DNA of 64,000 bases, from contig OY970303.1 of the NCBI GenBank assembly GCA_963716255.1, forward strand, positions 1,600,001 to 1,664,000, read 5' to 3'. A program made the position numbers and the translations under genes. This DNA is from an uncultured Gemmatimonadales bacterium (GTDB lineage: Bacteria > Gemmatimonadota > Gemmatimonadetes > Longimicrobiales > Longimicrobiaceae). The notes below the pieces were generated by a model that was not told where the DNA came from, ran no database searches, and saw only the letters and a program-made list of their open reading frames with translations. Of the stretch, positions 27,293 through 36,933 are shown one piece after another; the first letter of the stretch is position 1, and the number at the start of each line of letters is the position of its first letter.

Positions 27293-27966
27293 TGAGCGAC
27301 CTCATCGGCACCCTGCGCGCCATCGTCCGCGACGAGCTGGCCCGCGTGCGCGCCCCCGAGCTGGCCGTGGTCACCCAGGCCTTCCCGCGCGACGGCGACG
27401 GGAGCAAGTCCAACCACCAGGTCAACCTCAAGCTGCGCGAAAGCGGGGTGGAGCTGCAGCGGGTCCCGGTGGCCGTGTCCCGGCTGGGGATCTCCGCGCT
27501 CCCCAACGAGGGCGACCTGGTGCTGGTGAGCTTCGTGGGCGGCGACCTCAACGCCCCCGTGGCCGTGGGGTGCCTGTACGACGACGAGGCCCATCCCCCC
27601 GTCGCCCAGCCGCACGAGGTGGTCTACCAGCCGCCCGACGACGAGGAGTCCGGGACGCGCCGCTTCCACCTGGAGCTCAAGAACGGCAGCACGATCACCG
27701 TGGACGACGAATCGCTCAAGATCACGCTGGGCGACACCGCCATCGAGGTGACCAAGGACGGCGACGTCATCATCAAGGCGAAGGGCAAGATCCGCCTGGA
27801 GTCGCAGGCCGACATCGAGATGGAAGCGCAGGGCGCCATCAAGCTGACCGCCACCGGCGACCTGACCGCGAAGGGGATGTCCGCCACCGTCGAGGGGCAG
27901 AGCGCCGCCAAGCTCAAGGGCGCCCAGGTGTCGCTCGCCGGAATGACCAGCTTCGCCGCCTCCTGA
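27292..27966 (+). CDS. Baseplate spike (gpV/gp5 OB-fold + beta-helix)
   Basis: ATG overlaps the hub stop. LPNEGDLVLVSFVGGDLNAPVAVGCLY OB motif followed by beta-strand repeats. Confidence 0.88.
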   Translation: MSDLIGTLRAIVRDELARVRAPELAVVTQAFPRDGDGSKSNHQVNLKLRESGVELQRVPVAVSRLGISALPNEGDLVLVSFVGGDLNAPVAVGCLYDDEAHPPVAQPHEVVYQPPDDEESGTRRFHLELKNGSTITVDDESLKITLGDTAIEVTKDGDVIIKAKGKIRLESQADIEMEAQGAIKLTATGDLTAKGMSATVEGQSAAKLKGAQVSLAGMTSFAAS

Positions 27967-27979
27967 AAGGACGACCGCC

Positions 27980-28312
27980 ATGCCCGGACCGCCCGTCTCC
28001 ATCGGCTGCGCCGTCGTCCTCACCCCCGGCATGGCCGGCCCGCCGGACTCCGGGGTGATCTCCGTGGTCACGCAGGCCATCGCCACCGCCGGGGGGATGC
28101 CGCTGGCCACCACGGGGAGCCTCTGCCAGATGGTGAACTCCGTTTCCGGGGCCCCGTACGTCCTCCCCATCGGGCAGGGCGGCTCCGGCGGGGTGAAGGT
28201 GAGCGGGCAGGCCCTGGTGCGCCTGGGGGACCAGATCCCCTCCGGCCCCGGCATGCTGATGATCCTGGGGCCTCCCGCCGCACCGTTCGTGAGCGACACG
28301 GGGGCTCCGTGA
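27980..28312 (+). CDS. PAAR-like spike tip protein
   Basis: 110 aa after the spike. Degenerate PAAR repeats (GGMPLATTGS, VKVSGQALVRLGD). Confidence 0.7.
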   Translation: MPGPPVSIGCAVVLTPGMAGPPDSGVISVVTQAIATAGGMPLATTGSLCQMVNSVSGAPYVLPIGQGGSGGVKVSGQALVRLGDQIPSGPGMLMILGPPAAPFVSDTGAP

Positions 28313-28590
28313 ACGGCTTTTTGAACGGATACGGCTGGATTCGGGCGTGCCCCCCGCGGGTCGCGGGGGTCGGGCTTCGGCTCCGTAACGCACGAAACAA
28401 CCGTGCGTAACGGAGTCGAGCCCCGGCGGAAACAGCCCCGCCGGGTCTCGCCCCTTCGGGCCGCAATCCCTCACGCGGGGATCGCGCTGGCGTCCGCGGG
28501 GAGCACGACACGGGGGCGTCCGGGAGTCAGGAAGCCCTCCCCCAGAATTGGGGGAGGGTGGCGGCTCTGAGGCCGCCGGGTGGGGGCCCG
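28313..28590 (+). repeat. Structured intergenic repeat, copy 1 (core 28343-28475) plus a CCCTCCCCC...GGGGGAGGG hairpin module
   Basis: GGGCGTGCCCC...TCGGGCTTCGGCTCCGTAA...ACGGAGTCGAGCCCC...GGGTCTCG...ATCCCTCACGC, shared with four other loci. Confidence 0.9.
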
Positions 28591-28648
28591 CCGGGTGGGG
28601 GCCGCCGTTTCGCGCTAACGCACTTTCGCACTCACGCACTTCGTCCTC

Positions 28649-29134
28649 ATGCCCAAGCAATCCCGCGAGGAAATCGTCCGCCCCTTCCTGGGGACCGACC
28701 TGGCGCTGGAGTACGCCCTCCAGGGCGGCTTCTTCGAGGACGCCGACCTGGCCGAGGCGCGCGGCCCCGGCCGCCGGCGGCCCGGACGCGACCTGGGCGT
28801 CGCGGCGGGGGTGGACAACCTGACGCAGGCCGTCGCCAACCGCCTCAAGACCCGCCGCGGGGAGCTGGCCCCGCTGGGGCACCCCGACTACGGGTCGCGG
28901 CACCACGAGCTGGTGGGCGAGCCCAACGTGGAGCGTACCCGCAACCTGGTGAAGCTGTACGTCCTGCAGGCGCTCCGCGACGAGCCGCGCATCGAAAAGG
29001 TGCTGCGCGCCGACGTCCGCGCCGAGCACGACCCGCCGCGCGAGAGCGTCCGCATCGAGCTGGACGTGCGCGTGCTCGGCGAGCCCCACCCCCTGAACCT
29101 GGTCGTCCCCTTCTCGCTGGAGGTGGCCCGTTGA
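28649..29134 (+). CDS. Baseplate wedge gp25/GPW-like protein
   Basis: GVDNLTQAVANRLKTRRGEL...HPDYGSR..L.G; ALRDEPRIEKV. Confidence 0.9.
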   Translation: MPKQSREEIVRPFLGTDLALEYALQGGFFEDADLAEARGPGRRRPGRDLGVAAGVDNLTQAVANRLKTRRGELAPLGHPDYGSRHHELVGEPNVERTRNLVKLYVLQALRDEPRIEKVLRADVRAEHDPPRESVRIELDVRVLGEPHPLNLVVPFSLEVAR

Positions 29135-30945
29135 GCTACGCGGCCGAGCCCTATGCGCAGTTCGTCGACGACCTGCTGCGCTCGCTCACCGGGGGCGTAT
29201 CGCGCGAGCGGTTCACCTTCCTCCCCGAGGAAGAGCCGTTCCGCCTGGCCCCGCCGGGGCCCGTGCTCCCCGGGAGCATCTCCGTCTTCGGGCAGGCGGC
29301 GGGGACCTTCGCCGTCTTCCGCCGCGACCGCGACTGGTCGCTCGCGACCGACGGCTCCATCGTCTGGCGGGCCCGCGCCGACGGCACCCCCGCGCCCGAC
29401 GCCGTCTGGCCCGACGAGGGGACCCCCTTCTACGTCAACTACGACCACGCCGGGCAGGTCGCCAACCCGCCGCCGCTCACCGACCGCAACCCGGGGAGCG
29501 TCACCCGCGTGCTCGCCGAGAGCATGGCCCGCGAGTACGCCGTGCTTTCCCGGCAGATGGAAGCCGTGTACCGCGCCGGCTTCCTGGACACCGCCTCCGG
29601 GCGCGACCTGGACGCGCTGGTGGCTCTGGTGGGGGTGGAGCGGCGGGGGCGCACCCACGCCGTGGGAACGGCCGTCTTCGCCCGCTCCACCCCGTCGCCC
29701 GCAGACGTGTTCGTGCCGCAGGGGACCCGGCTCTCCACCGCCGAGCCCCCGGCCGTGGTCTTCGAGACCACGGAGGACCGCACGCTCCACCGCGGCGAGC
29801 TGTCGGTGGAGGTGCCGGTGCAGGCCACCGCCACGGGCGGGACCGGGGTGGTGCCGGCGCGCACGCTCACGGTCATCCACCGCCCCATCCTGGGGATCGA
29901 GACGGTCGCCAACCCGCAGGCCACCGCCCTCGCCGGCGCCGAGGAAAGCGACGAGTCGCTGCGCGAGCGCGCCCGCCGCGCCCTGGAGGGGTACGGGCGC
30001 GCCACCCGCGGGGCGATGCTCGCCGCGCTCACCACGCTGCCGGGGCTGCGCGAAAAGGACATCCGCATCCACGAGGACCCGCTGGCCCGCCCCGGCGTCA
30101 TCACCGTGAGCGTGGCCGCGGAGCTGGACGCCGACGACGCCGAGCGCGCCGTGGCGCTCATCGAGGCGTCGCGGCCCGTGGGGGTGCGGGTGCTCCACAA
30201 CCTGGACGCCCCGCACGCCGTGCTCGCCGCGTCGCTCCCGCCCAACGTGGTGGACGACGCCAGCGAGCCCGAGGCCGGCGAGATGGAGCCCGAGGGGCTG
30301 TACCTGCCGGTGGCGGTGCGCGCCCTCCTCCTCCCCGCGTCGTCCACCCTCACCCCCGCCGAGCGTGCCGCGCTCCGCAACCAGGGGCGCGAAGTCGTGC
30401 GGGCCTTCGTGGCGGAGGCGGGGATCGGGGAAACGCTGGTCTACAACCGGCTGGTGTCCGCCCTGATGCGGCTGGACGTGGTGGACGTGGCGGTGGAATT
30501 GTACCCCCGCACCACCGGCGCCCCCGGCGCCCGCCGCAAGAACCTGTTCCCCGGCGAGGCGCTGCGCCCGCGGCTGGACGACGCCGACCTGGACGTGGAC
30601 GTGGCCGGCGAGATCGTGGCCTTCGACGTCACCGTGGGCGTGGAGCTCACCGACGTGGGCAGGCTGGGCGACATCACCGCCACGCGCGAGGCGGCCCGGC
30701 TGGAGGTGTCGGCGCGGCTGCAGGACCGCATCGGCGCGCTGTCCCCGCCCGTCACCCCCGCCGCCCTGCTGGGGCTGGCCGAGCCCACCGAATCGTACAC
30801 GGTGAGGTCGCTCAGCTACCGGGTGGAGTACCTGGAGTCCGGCGTGCGCATCAACACCGCCGACCCCTCCATCCCGCTCAGCGAGCTGGAGCGCCCCTGG
30901 ATCCGCACCGTCAGGCTCCTCCCCGAGCCCCCCGCCGCGTCATGA
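29131..30945 (+). CDS. Baseplate J-like protein with an N-terminal extra domain
   Basis: TTG start with a GGAGGT RBS, overlapping the gp25 stop. LTDRNPGSVTRVLAE, FLDTASGRDLD.L..L.GV.R, GAEESDESLRERA. Confidence 0.9.
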   Translation: MSYAAEPYAQFVDDLLRSLTGGVSRERFTFLPEEEPFRLAPPGPVLPGSISVFGQAAGTFAVFRRDRDWSLATDGSIVWRARADGTPAPDAVWPDEGTPFYVNYDHAGQVANPPPLTDRNPGSVTRVLAESMAREYAVLSRQMEAVYRAGFLDTASGRDLDALVALVGVERRGRTHAVGTAVFARSTPSPADVFVPQGTRLSTAEPPAVVFETTEDRTLHRGELSVEVPVQATATGGTGVVPARTLTVIHRPILGIETVANPQATALAGAEESDESLRERARRALEGYGRATRGAMLAALTTLPGLREKDIRIHEDPLARPGVITVSVAAELDADDAERAVALIEASRPVGVRVLHNLDAPHAVLAASLPPNVVDDASEPEAGEMEPEGLYLPVAVRALLLPASSTLTPAERAALRNQGREVVRAFVAEAGIGETLVYNRLVSALMRLDVVDVAVELYPRTTGAPGARRKNLFPGEALRPRLDDADLDVDVAGEIVAFDVTVGVELTDVGRLGDITATREAARLEVSARLQDRIGALSPPVTPAALLGLAEPTESYTVRSLSYRVEYLESGVRINTADPSIPLSELERPWIRTVRLLPEPPAAS

Positions 30946-33644
30946 GCCCGGTGAGCGGACGCGCGCGGAGCGTGCTGGGGCGCTTTCCCGCCCACATGGA
31001 GGCCGGGCGCGGCGGAAAGCGCCTGGGCGAGGTGGTGGACTCGCTGGCCGCGGGGCTGGACCTGCTCTCTGCCGACCTGGCCGCGGTGCGCCGCGCCCAC
31101 CGCCTCCCGCACGCGGACACCCTCCGCGACGTGATGCTGCTGGGCGGGCTGCACGGGATGGGGGCCGGCGACCTGGAGCTGCTCTTCGCCCGCGGCGAGC
31201 GCACCCGCGCGCTCGCCGCCGCCCTGGAGTCCGCGGCGGACGGGGGCGACGCCGCCGCGCGCGACGCCGCCGCGGAAGCGCTCTTCGAGCTGTGGGGCGT
31301 GACCGGCGACGCCCCCCGGCTGGCGCTCTTCGCCCCCTGGGGCGGCGCGCCCGACCTGGACGAGGCCGCCCGCCGCGCCGCCCGCGCCTTCCGCGAGGCC
31401 GCCGGGGTGGACGCCGCCGCCGAGGGCGCCCGCGCCCGCGTCGCCCGCACGGCGGCGCTGCACGCCGCGGGTAACGGCACCGTGCGCGCCGTGCTGGAGG
31501 CCGCCGCCAGCGCGCTGGACCTGGAGCCGGACCTGGAGACCAACCGCGCGGAAAAGGACGAAGCGCGCCCCGCCCCCACCGTCGCCCCGCGGGGAACGCC
31601 GGGGCGCACCACCTGGGGGTACGTGGTGGTCGCCCGCTCGCTGACCCGCAGCGACCCCGCGTTCAGCGCCCCCGCCTTCACCGCGCGCGGCCCCGCCGTC
31701 CTGTCGGCGGCGGACGCGGTCCTGGTGGAGTGGGAGCCCGTCCCCGGCGCCATGGACTACCTGGTGCTGAGGACGGTCGCCGGGGGGACGCCGGGAGAGG
31801 TGGGGGTGGTGACCGCCGAGCCGCTGCCGCCCGAAACGACCCGCTTCCTCGACACCGGCGCCCCCGCGACCGCGCCGCTCCCCCCACCCCAGGAGGACGA
31901 CGGCTTCTTCCACAGCCGCGACCTGTACTGGCACTCCACCTTCGTGCGCGACCGCGTGCGGCTGGTGCGCCGGGTGGACCCGGAGCCGCCGCCGCGCGCC
32001 GTGGTCTTCGACGGCGACATCGGCGCCGACGCGCTGGCGGAGGGCGTGGGCGCGACGCTCGCCGGCGTCCTGGCGAAGCTGGTGGCGCTGGAGGAGGCCG
32101 GCGGCGGAGTGGACGCGACCCTGGCGGCCGGCACCGCGCGCGAAGCCGCGATGCGGCTGGGCGGCGGCGGGCTGGGCGTGGAGGAGTCGGCCGCCGCGCT
32201 GGCGGAGCGGCTGGGCGTGCCGCGGCGCCGGGTGTACGCGGCGCTCGCGGAGGCGGAGGCGGCGGGCTTCATCCCGCGGCTCTCCTTCGAGCGCGTCCCC
32301 GCCGAAGTCGTGGCCGCGGAGTTCACCTTCGCCGTGGTGGCCCCGCGCCGCGTCCCGGTGGGTCCCGGCGCCACAGCCGCCGGCCTGGCCCGCCTCCTCG
32401 GCATCCCCCCCGCCGAGGTGGAGGCCCGGCTCCCCGGCGCCGCGCGCCCCGGCGCGGGGCTCCACACGCCGCTCTCCGAGCGCGAGGGCCGCGCGCTGGT
32501 GGAGGCGCTGGGGCGCACGCCGGTGCGGGAGGGCGTGGTGCGGATGCGCGAGTCCATCCCCGTGGCCGAGCTGGCCGGCGCCCTCGGCGTGCGCCCCTCC
32601 GAGGCGCTGCGGCAGCTCCGCGTGCTGGACGCCCCCGCCGCCGGCCCCGCCGCCCGGCTGGACGCGGCCACGGCGGCGCGGGTGGCGCGCTGGCGCGCCT
32701 TCGCCGTGGACCAGGAGCTGCCCACCCGCCCGGAGCTTCTGGGGATCGAGGAGAACCCGCTGCGCCGCGAGGGCGGCGAGCCCCGCGACTGGAAGAGCGG
32801 CGAAAGCTTCCCGGTGCTGCGCCGCGGCTTCGGGCGGGCGATGCTGCGCGTGTCCGTCACCGGGGTGGGCGCCCACACCGTGGGCCCCATGGTGGTGAAC
32901 CGCGACGAGGGCCACGGCATTGCCTGGGCGGGCACGGTCCCCGACGGACAGACGCTGGTGTTCGCCGAGGACGGGCACGCGCGGCTGGAGGACGCGGACG
33001 TGACCAGCCGCACCTGGGCGTGGAAGGGCGCCTGCTTCGCCGGGAGCGACGACGACCCGCTGCGCCCCCGCGACTGGGTCTTCGCCGGCCCCGGCGCCCC
33101 GGCCAGGCGCGCCGCCACCTTCGCGGTGGCCACCCCCGCGGGGGCATTCGGCGCCGGCTTCGCCTTCCCTCACGATGGGCACCCCGTTCCCATGCCGGGG
33201 GTGGGGCTGGGGAAGACGCGCTTCGCCTTCTTCACGCAGGAGGCGCACTTCGCCGGCGCCGACCGCACGGTGGAGCCGCCCCGGCCGCTGCCGCCGGTGC
33301 CCCGCACCGAGGTGGGCTTCGCCGACGAGTCGGTGTTCCACCCGGGCGCGGCGGGAGTGCGGCCCGTGGCCGCCCGCGTCGCGCTGTCCTGGCTGGAGCA
33401 CGAGGCGTACGCCGTGCGGGTGCTGGTTCCCGCCCGCTTCCGCGGCCTGTTCGCCGACGGCGACGAAGCGCTGCGCCGGGTGCGCCGCGCGCTGGAGCGC
33501 CACCGCCCCGCCGGGATCGACGTGCGGGTGGAGTACCTGGAGGACCGCTGGATCCTGGGCGGCGGCGCCCTGACGACCGGCGCCGACCCCCTGCTGGACC
33601 TTCGCGGCGGCACCACGGTGTGGCCGCGCCCCGACACCCCCTGA
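30942..33644 (+). CDS. Baseplate I/tail-protein-like wedge with inserted FN3-like and IF2-N-like HTH modules
   Basis: GNGTVRAVL and C-terminal RRALERHRPAGIDVRV match the tail-I pattern. Insertions include VEWEPVPGAMDYLVLR...RFLDTG and ESIPVAELAGALGV. Confidence 0.65.
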   Translation: MSPVSGRARSVLGRFPAHMEAGRGGKRLGEVVDSLAAGLDLLSADLAAVRRAHRLPHADTLRDVMLLGGLHGMGAGDLELLFARGERTRALAAALESAADGGDAAARDAAAEALFELWGVTGDAPRLALFAPWGGAPDLDEAARRAARAFREAAGVDAAAEGARARVARTAALHAAGNGTVRAVLEAAASALDLEPDLETNRAEKDEARPAPTVAPRGTPGRTTWGYVVVARSLTRSDPAFSAPAFTARGPAVLSAADAVLVEWEPVPGAMDYLVLRTVAGGTPGEVGVVTAEPLPPETTRFLDTGAPATAPLPPPQEDDGFFHSRDLYWHSTFVRDRVRLVRRVDPEPPPRAVVFDGDIGADALAEGVGATLAGVLAKLVALEEAGGGVDATLAAGTAREAAMRLGGGGLGVEESAAALAERLGVPRRRVYAALAEAEAAGFIPRLSFERVPAEVVAAEFTFAVVAPRRVPVGPGATAAGLARLLGIPPAEVEARLPGAARPGAGLHTPLSEREGRALVEALGRTPVREGVVRMRESIPVAELAGALGVRPSEALRQLRVLDAPAAGPAARLDAATAARVARWRAFAVDQELPTRPELLGIEENPLRREGGEPRDWKSGESFPVLRRGFGRAMLRVSVTGVGAHTVGPMVVNRDEGHGIAWAGTVPDGQTLVFAEDGHARLEDADVTSRTWAWKGACFAGSDDDPLRPRDWVFAGPGAPARRAATFAVATPAGAFGAGFAFPHDGHPVPMPGVGLGKTRFAFFTQEAHFAGADRTVEPPRPLPPVPRTEVGFADESVFHPGAAGVRPVAARVALSWLEHEAYAVRVLVPARFRGLFADGDEALRRVRRALERHRPAGIDVRVEYLEDRWILGGGALTTGADPLLDLRGGTTVWPRPDTP

Positions 33645-33656
33645 ACGGAGACCAAG

Positions 33657-34370
33657 ATGCCGCTCGACTTCGCCCGGACCCACGTCTCCCCGGGAGAGCC
33701 GGTCACCGCCGACGCGTGGAACGCCATGGTGGACGGCCTCTTCGACGCGCAGGCGGTGCTCAAGGCCGCCGGGGCCACCGCGAAGGTGCGCGTCACCGCG
33801 CCGGGGCTCGACCCCGCACGGGTCCGCGTCACCGCCACGCGCGCCGGCGCCCCCCCCGCCGAGGCGATCCGCCCCATCGCCCCCGACACCTTCTTCGTCT
33901 TCCCGCGTCTCCCCGAGGGAGCCTACGTGGTCAAGGCGGAGGCGACGGGCTTCAACACCGCCCAGGGCGCGCTGACCGTGACCGCCGCGGGCGCGGCCAC
34001 GCCCGACCCGCTGGAGCTGGCGCTGACCGCGAGCCGCGAGGTCATGCCGCGCCTCCTGGGCGAGAAGCTCCCGGCCGCGCTGGCCCTGATCCCCAAGGTC
34101 CCGGTGCGGATCGTGGACATCGCCGGCAAGGACCTCCCCCGCACCGGCTTCGACACGGCGTACGCCAACAAGCCCGTGCTGATGCAGTGGCCCCTCCCCG
34201 GCGAGCTCGCCCCCCCGGCGGGCACCGACGCCCACCTGGTGGTCGCCGCCGCGGTGTCCTCGCAGACGGTGGTCGTGCCGGACGTTTCCAACATGACACT
34301 TTCCGAGGCCACCGCCGAGCTGCAGCGGCTGGGGCTCCAGATCAAGGTCGTGGACGCAAACACCTTCTGA
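33657..34370 (+). CDS. Carboxypeptidase-regulatory-like (prealbumin fold) + PASTA-domain protein
   Basis: VSPGEPVTADAWN N-terminus, FPRLPEGAYVVKAEATGF, and PASTA-like VMPRLLGE and VVVPDVSNMTLSEATAELQRLGL. Confidence 0.65.
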   Translation: MPLDFARTHVSPGEPVTADAWNAMVDGLFDAQAVLKAAGATAKVRVTAPGLDPARVRVTATRAGAPPAEAIRPIAPDTFFVFPRLPEGAYVVKAEATGFNTAQGALTVTAAGAATPDPLELALTASREVMPRLLGEKLPAALALIPKVPVRIVDIAGKDLPRTGFDTAYANKPVLMQWPLPGELAPPAGTDAHLVVAAAVSSQTVVVPDVSNMTLSEATAELQRLGLQIKVVDANTF

Positions 34371-34381
34371 GCGAGGAATCC

Positions 34382-34813
34382 ATGTCCAGCAGACAGCCCC
34401 AGTTCATGGCGGCGAGCGCCCAGTTCACGCCCGAGCAGCTCGGCCGGATCCGTGCCCAGGCCGCCATCCTCCCCCGGCCGCGCCTGGTCGTCACCGACCA
34501 GATCCCGCCGGCCGGGAGCGTCGTCCCCAGGGGCACCGTGGTGCAGGTGGTGCTCACCGACGTCAACAACGTGACGCTGGACGTCCTCCAGCCGGACATC
34601 CCCGAAGGGCTCAAGGGCGTCCGGGTCGCCGACGCCGCGCGCGTGGTGGAAATGAACCCCGCCCTCAAGGCGGCCGTGGCTTCCAACGTCACGATCGACC
34701 CCGTCATGGTGGCCCAGCAGCTCAACACCAGCGGCACCGGCGTGTTCAAGTCGCAAATCCAGGCGGCCGAGGCCGTCAAGACGATCAACCACTTCCGCAC
34801 CCTCATCCGCTAG
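34382..34813 (+). CDS. Small protein containing a PASTA C-terminal half motif
   Basis: ATG at 34382 after GAGGA; VVTDQIPPAGSVVPRGTVVQVVL. Confidence 0.6.
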   Translation: MSSRQPQFMAASAQFTPEQLGRIRAQAAILPRPRLVVTDQIPPAGSVVPRGTVVQVVLTDVNNVTLDVLQPDIPEGLKGVRVADAARVVEMNPALKAAVASNVTIDPVMVAQQLNTSGTGVFKSQIQAAEAVKTINHFRTLIR

Positions 34814-34825
34814 CCGGAGACCACC

Positions 34826-36595
34826 GTGGCAGAGCAGCAGATCCAGGGGGTCGCAAAGGCCGGCGCCGCCGTGCAGCAGATAGCCGGCGTGCAGGACCTG
34901 GCTATCATGCAGCCCCTCTACCACTGGAGCTACGAGTTCATCATCGGCTGGGGGAACCAGGTCGCCGCCGACGGCATCGCCTCCCGCTCGCTCGATGTCC
35001 CGCTCCACCACAACGCCCTGGTGCGGCGCTTCGACGTGAAGGTGAGCGCCGCCCGCGCGGAGGCCGTGCTTCTGGGCAACGCGGCGCAGGTCCGCGAGCA
35101 GTCCACGGACAACGACCGCATCACCGTGGTGGCCGATTTCGGGACGCTGGTCACGGTCGCCTCGGTGGGGGTGCTGAACGCGGGCGGGATCCACCTGATC
35201 GCCGGGTCCGGGATCCTCATCCAGAAGATCAAGTCGTGGACGGGAATCGCCTTCTCCGACAAGTGGCTGTTCGTCGCCCCGCCCACCACCGGCCCCGTGG
35301 GCAGCGCGGTGGCGACCTTCGGCGAGGTGCGCACCGAACGGCTGCTCATCGAGGTGAGCGGCACCGAGAGCCTCGCCGAGGTGCTGGAGAACCTGTGGGT
35401 GGAGCTCCCCGATCCGCCCTCGGACCTGTCCATCCGCATCGGCGACGGTCCCCCGGTGTGGTCCTCGCCCGGCCCGGTGCGCCCCGGCCAGGGAAAGTGG
35501 AACGACGGCGAGCAGACGGTGGAGCTGGGGCCCGCGCTGGCCGCCCTGACCGGCGACCCGGACGACGACTCCCCGGCCACCTTCACGCTGACGCTGACCT
35601 CGCGCACCCCGGGGCGGCTGGGGCTGGAGGTGGTGCCCGCGGGGCGCGACGTGAGGTACCTGGCGCGCGTCCGCCCCGGCGGGACCGACTCGGCCGACCT
35701 GGCGTTCGAGCTGGAGGGGATGCAGCGGGTGCCGCTCCCCCTCCCCGCCTGGACCACCGGGGTGGAGCGCGTGGAGCTCGCCGCGGTCGCCACGCTCGGC
35801 CCGGAGCGGGCCATCCCCCCGGTGGGGCCGGCGGTCGCGACCGCGCTCGGCGCCGGCGGCCCCGCGGCGGCCACCGGCGTGGCGGACCTGGTGCTGGACC
35901 CCGACCGCTCGGCGTGCGCCCGCCTCCCGGCGGTGGCCGGGCTGGCGGAGCTGGTCGCGCTGCGGCTCCCGCTCCGCGCCGGCCCCGCCGGCGCGGAGGT
36001 GAGGGTGGTGCTCCTCGCGGCAAAGGCGGACGGCGAGCCCGGCGAGCCGCTGGACGGCGCCGTGAGCGCCCCGGTGACGCTGGACCCGCCGCCCGCCACC
36101 GCCCCGGCGGGCGGCGCCGCGGACGCATGGAGCACCTTCGTGCTCCCCGCGCCGGTCGCGCTGGAGGGGCCGGCCCCCTGGGCCGCCCTGCAGGTGGCGC
36201 GCGGACAGGCGGCGTGGCCGCTGGGGCTGGCGGCGGCCTCTCCCATCCGGCGCGGTCCCCCCACGGGCCCCTGGACCGAGCTGCCGCGCGTGGTGCGCGA
36301 CGCCCCCGGCGTGGGCGGGCGGCTGCGCGTGGTGGGGCACGCCGCCAAGGAAACGCCGCTGGCCCCCCTGGTGGTGCAGGTGGAAGGCAGCGCCGCCCGG
36401 CCCGTTCCCGACCCGCGCGCGGTGCGGGTCACCCCCACGCCCAGGGGCGCGGGGGTGGAGTGGAGCGCGAGCCCGGCCATCACCCCGAAGTCCGCCGCGG
36501 GCGCGAAGTCCGTGGACCTGCTGGTCACCAGCCACCTCCCCGGCACGGTGACGCTGCGCGACGTGATCGTGACGGCGACGCGCCAGGGCGGGTGA
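34826..36595 (+). CDS. Hypothetical beta-rich injection-system accessory protein
   Basis: GGAG RBS, good codon bias, located in the operon. No family recognised. Confidence 0.6.
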   Translation: MAEQQIQGVAKAGAAVQQIAGVQDLAIMQPLYHWSYEFIIGWGNQVAADGIASRSLDVPLHHNALVRRFDVKVSAARAEAVLLGNAAQVREQSTDNDRITVVADFGTLVTVASVGVLNAGGIHLIAGSGILIQKIKSWTGIAFSDKWLFVAPPTTGPVGSAVATFGEVRTERLLIEVSGTESLAEVLENLWVELPDPPSDLSIRIGDGPPVWSSPGPVRPGQGKWNDGEQTVELGPALAALTGDPDDDSPATFTLTLTSRTPGRLGLEVVPAGRDVRYLARVRPGGTDSADLAFELEGMQRVPLPLPAWTTGVERVELAAVATLGPERAIPPVGPAVATALGAGGPAAATGVADLVLDPDRSACARLPAVAGLAELVALRLPLRAGPAGAEVRVVLLAAKADGEPGEPLDGAVSAPVTLDPPPATAPAGGAADAWSTFVLPAPVALEGPAPWAALQVARGQAAWPLGLAAASPIRRGPPTGPWTELPRVVRDAPGVGGRLRVVGHAAKETPLAPLVVQVEGSAARPVPDPRAVRVTPTPRGAGVEWSASPAITPKSAAGAKSVDLLVTSHLPGTVTLRDVIVTATRQGG

Positions 36596-36628
36596 CAACC
36601 GGGTGAATCTGGTCGAACGAGAGGGTTT

Positions 36629-36850
36629 GGGCGTGCCCCCGGCTGGCGCCGGGGTCGGGCTTCGGCTCCGTAAGCCCGCAAACGACGCGGGCTAACGGAG
36701 TCGAGCCCCGCAAACTGCGCGGGTCTCGCCCCTTCGGGCCGAAATCCCTCACGCGGGGGTAGAGCTGGCGTCGGCGAGGGTGGGCCCCCTCACCCCCCGG
36801 CCCCCTCTCCCCCGCAAGCGGGGGAAAGGGGGAGAACCGCACGGCATCCC
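36629..36850 (+). repeat. Structured intergenic repeat, copy 2 (core 36629-36754) plus a REP-like hairpin
   Basis: Same core as copy 1, followed by CCCCCTCACCCCCCGGCCCCCTCTCCCCCGCAAGCGGGGGAAAGGGGGAG. Confidence 0.9.
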
Positions 36851-36933
36851 TGCTTTCGGCGTCCTGCCGACGCCCGGGGGTGCCTGATGTACACGGAATC
36901 CGTACGAGTCCCTTTTCAACCGAGGAGCCGACG

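Noticed and set aside
32001..32709. A true infB (IF2) gene or fragment
   Set aside because: No GTPase domain; the repeats are in frame within the baseplate protein.
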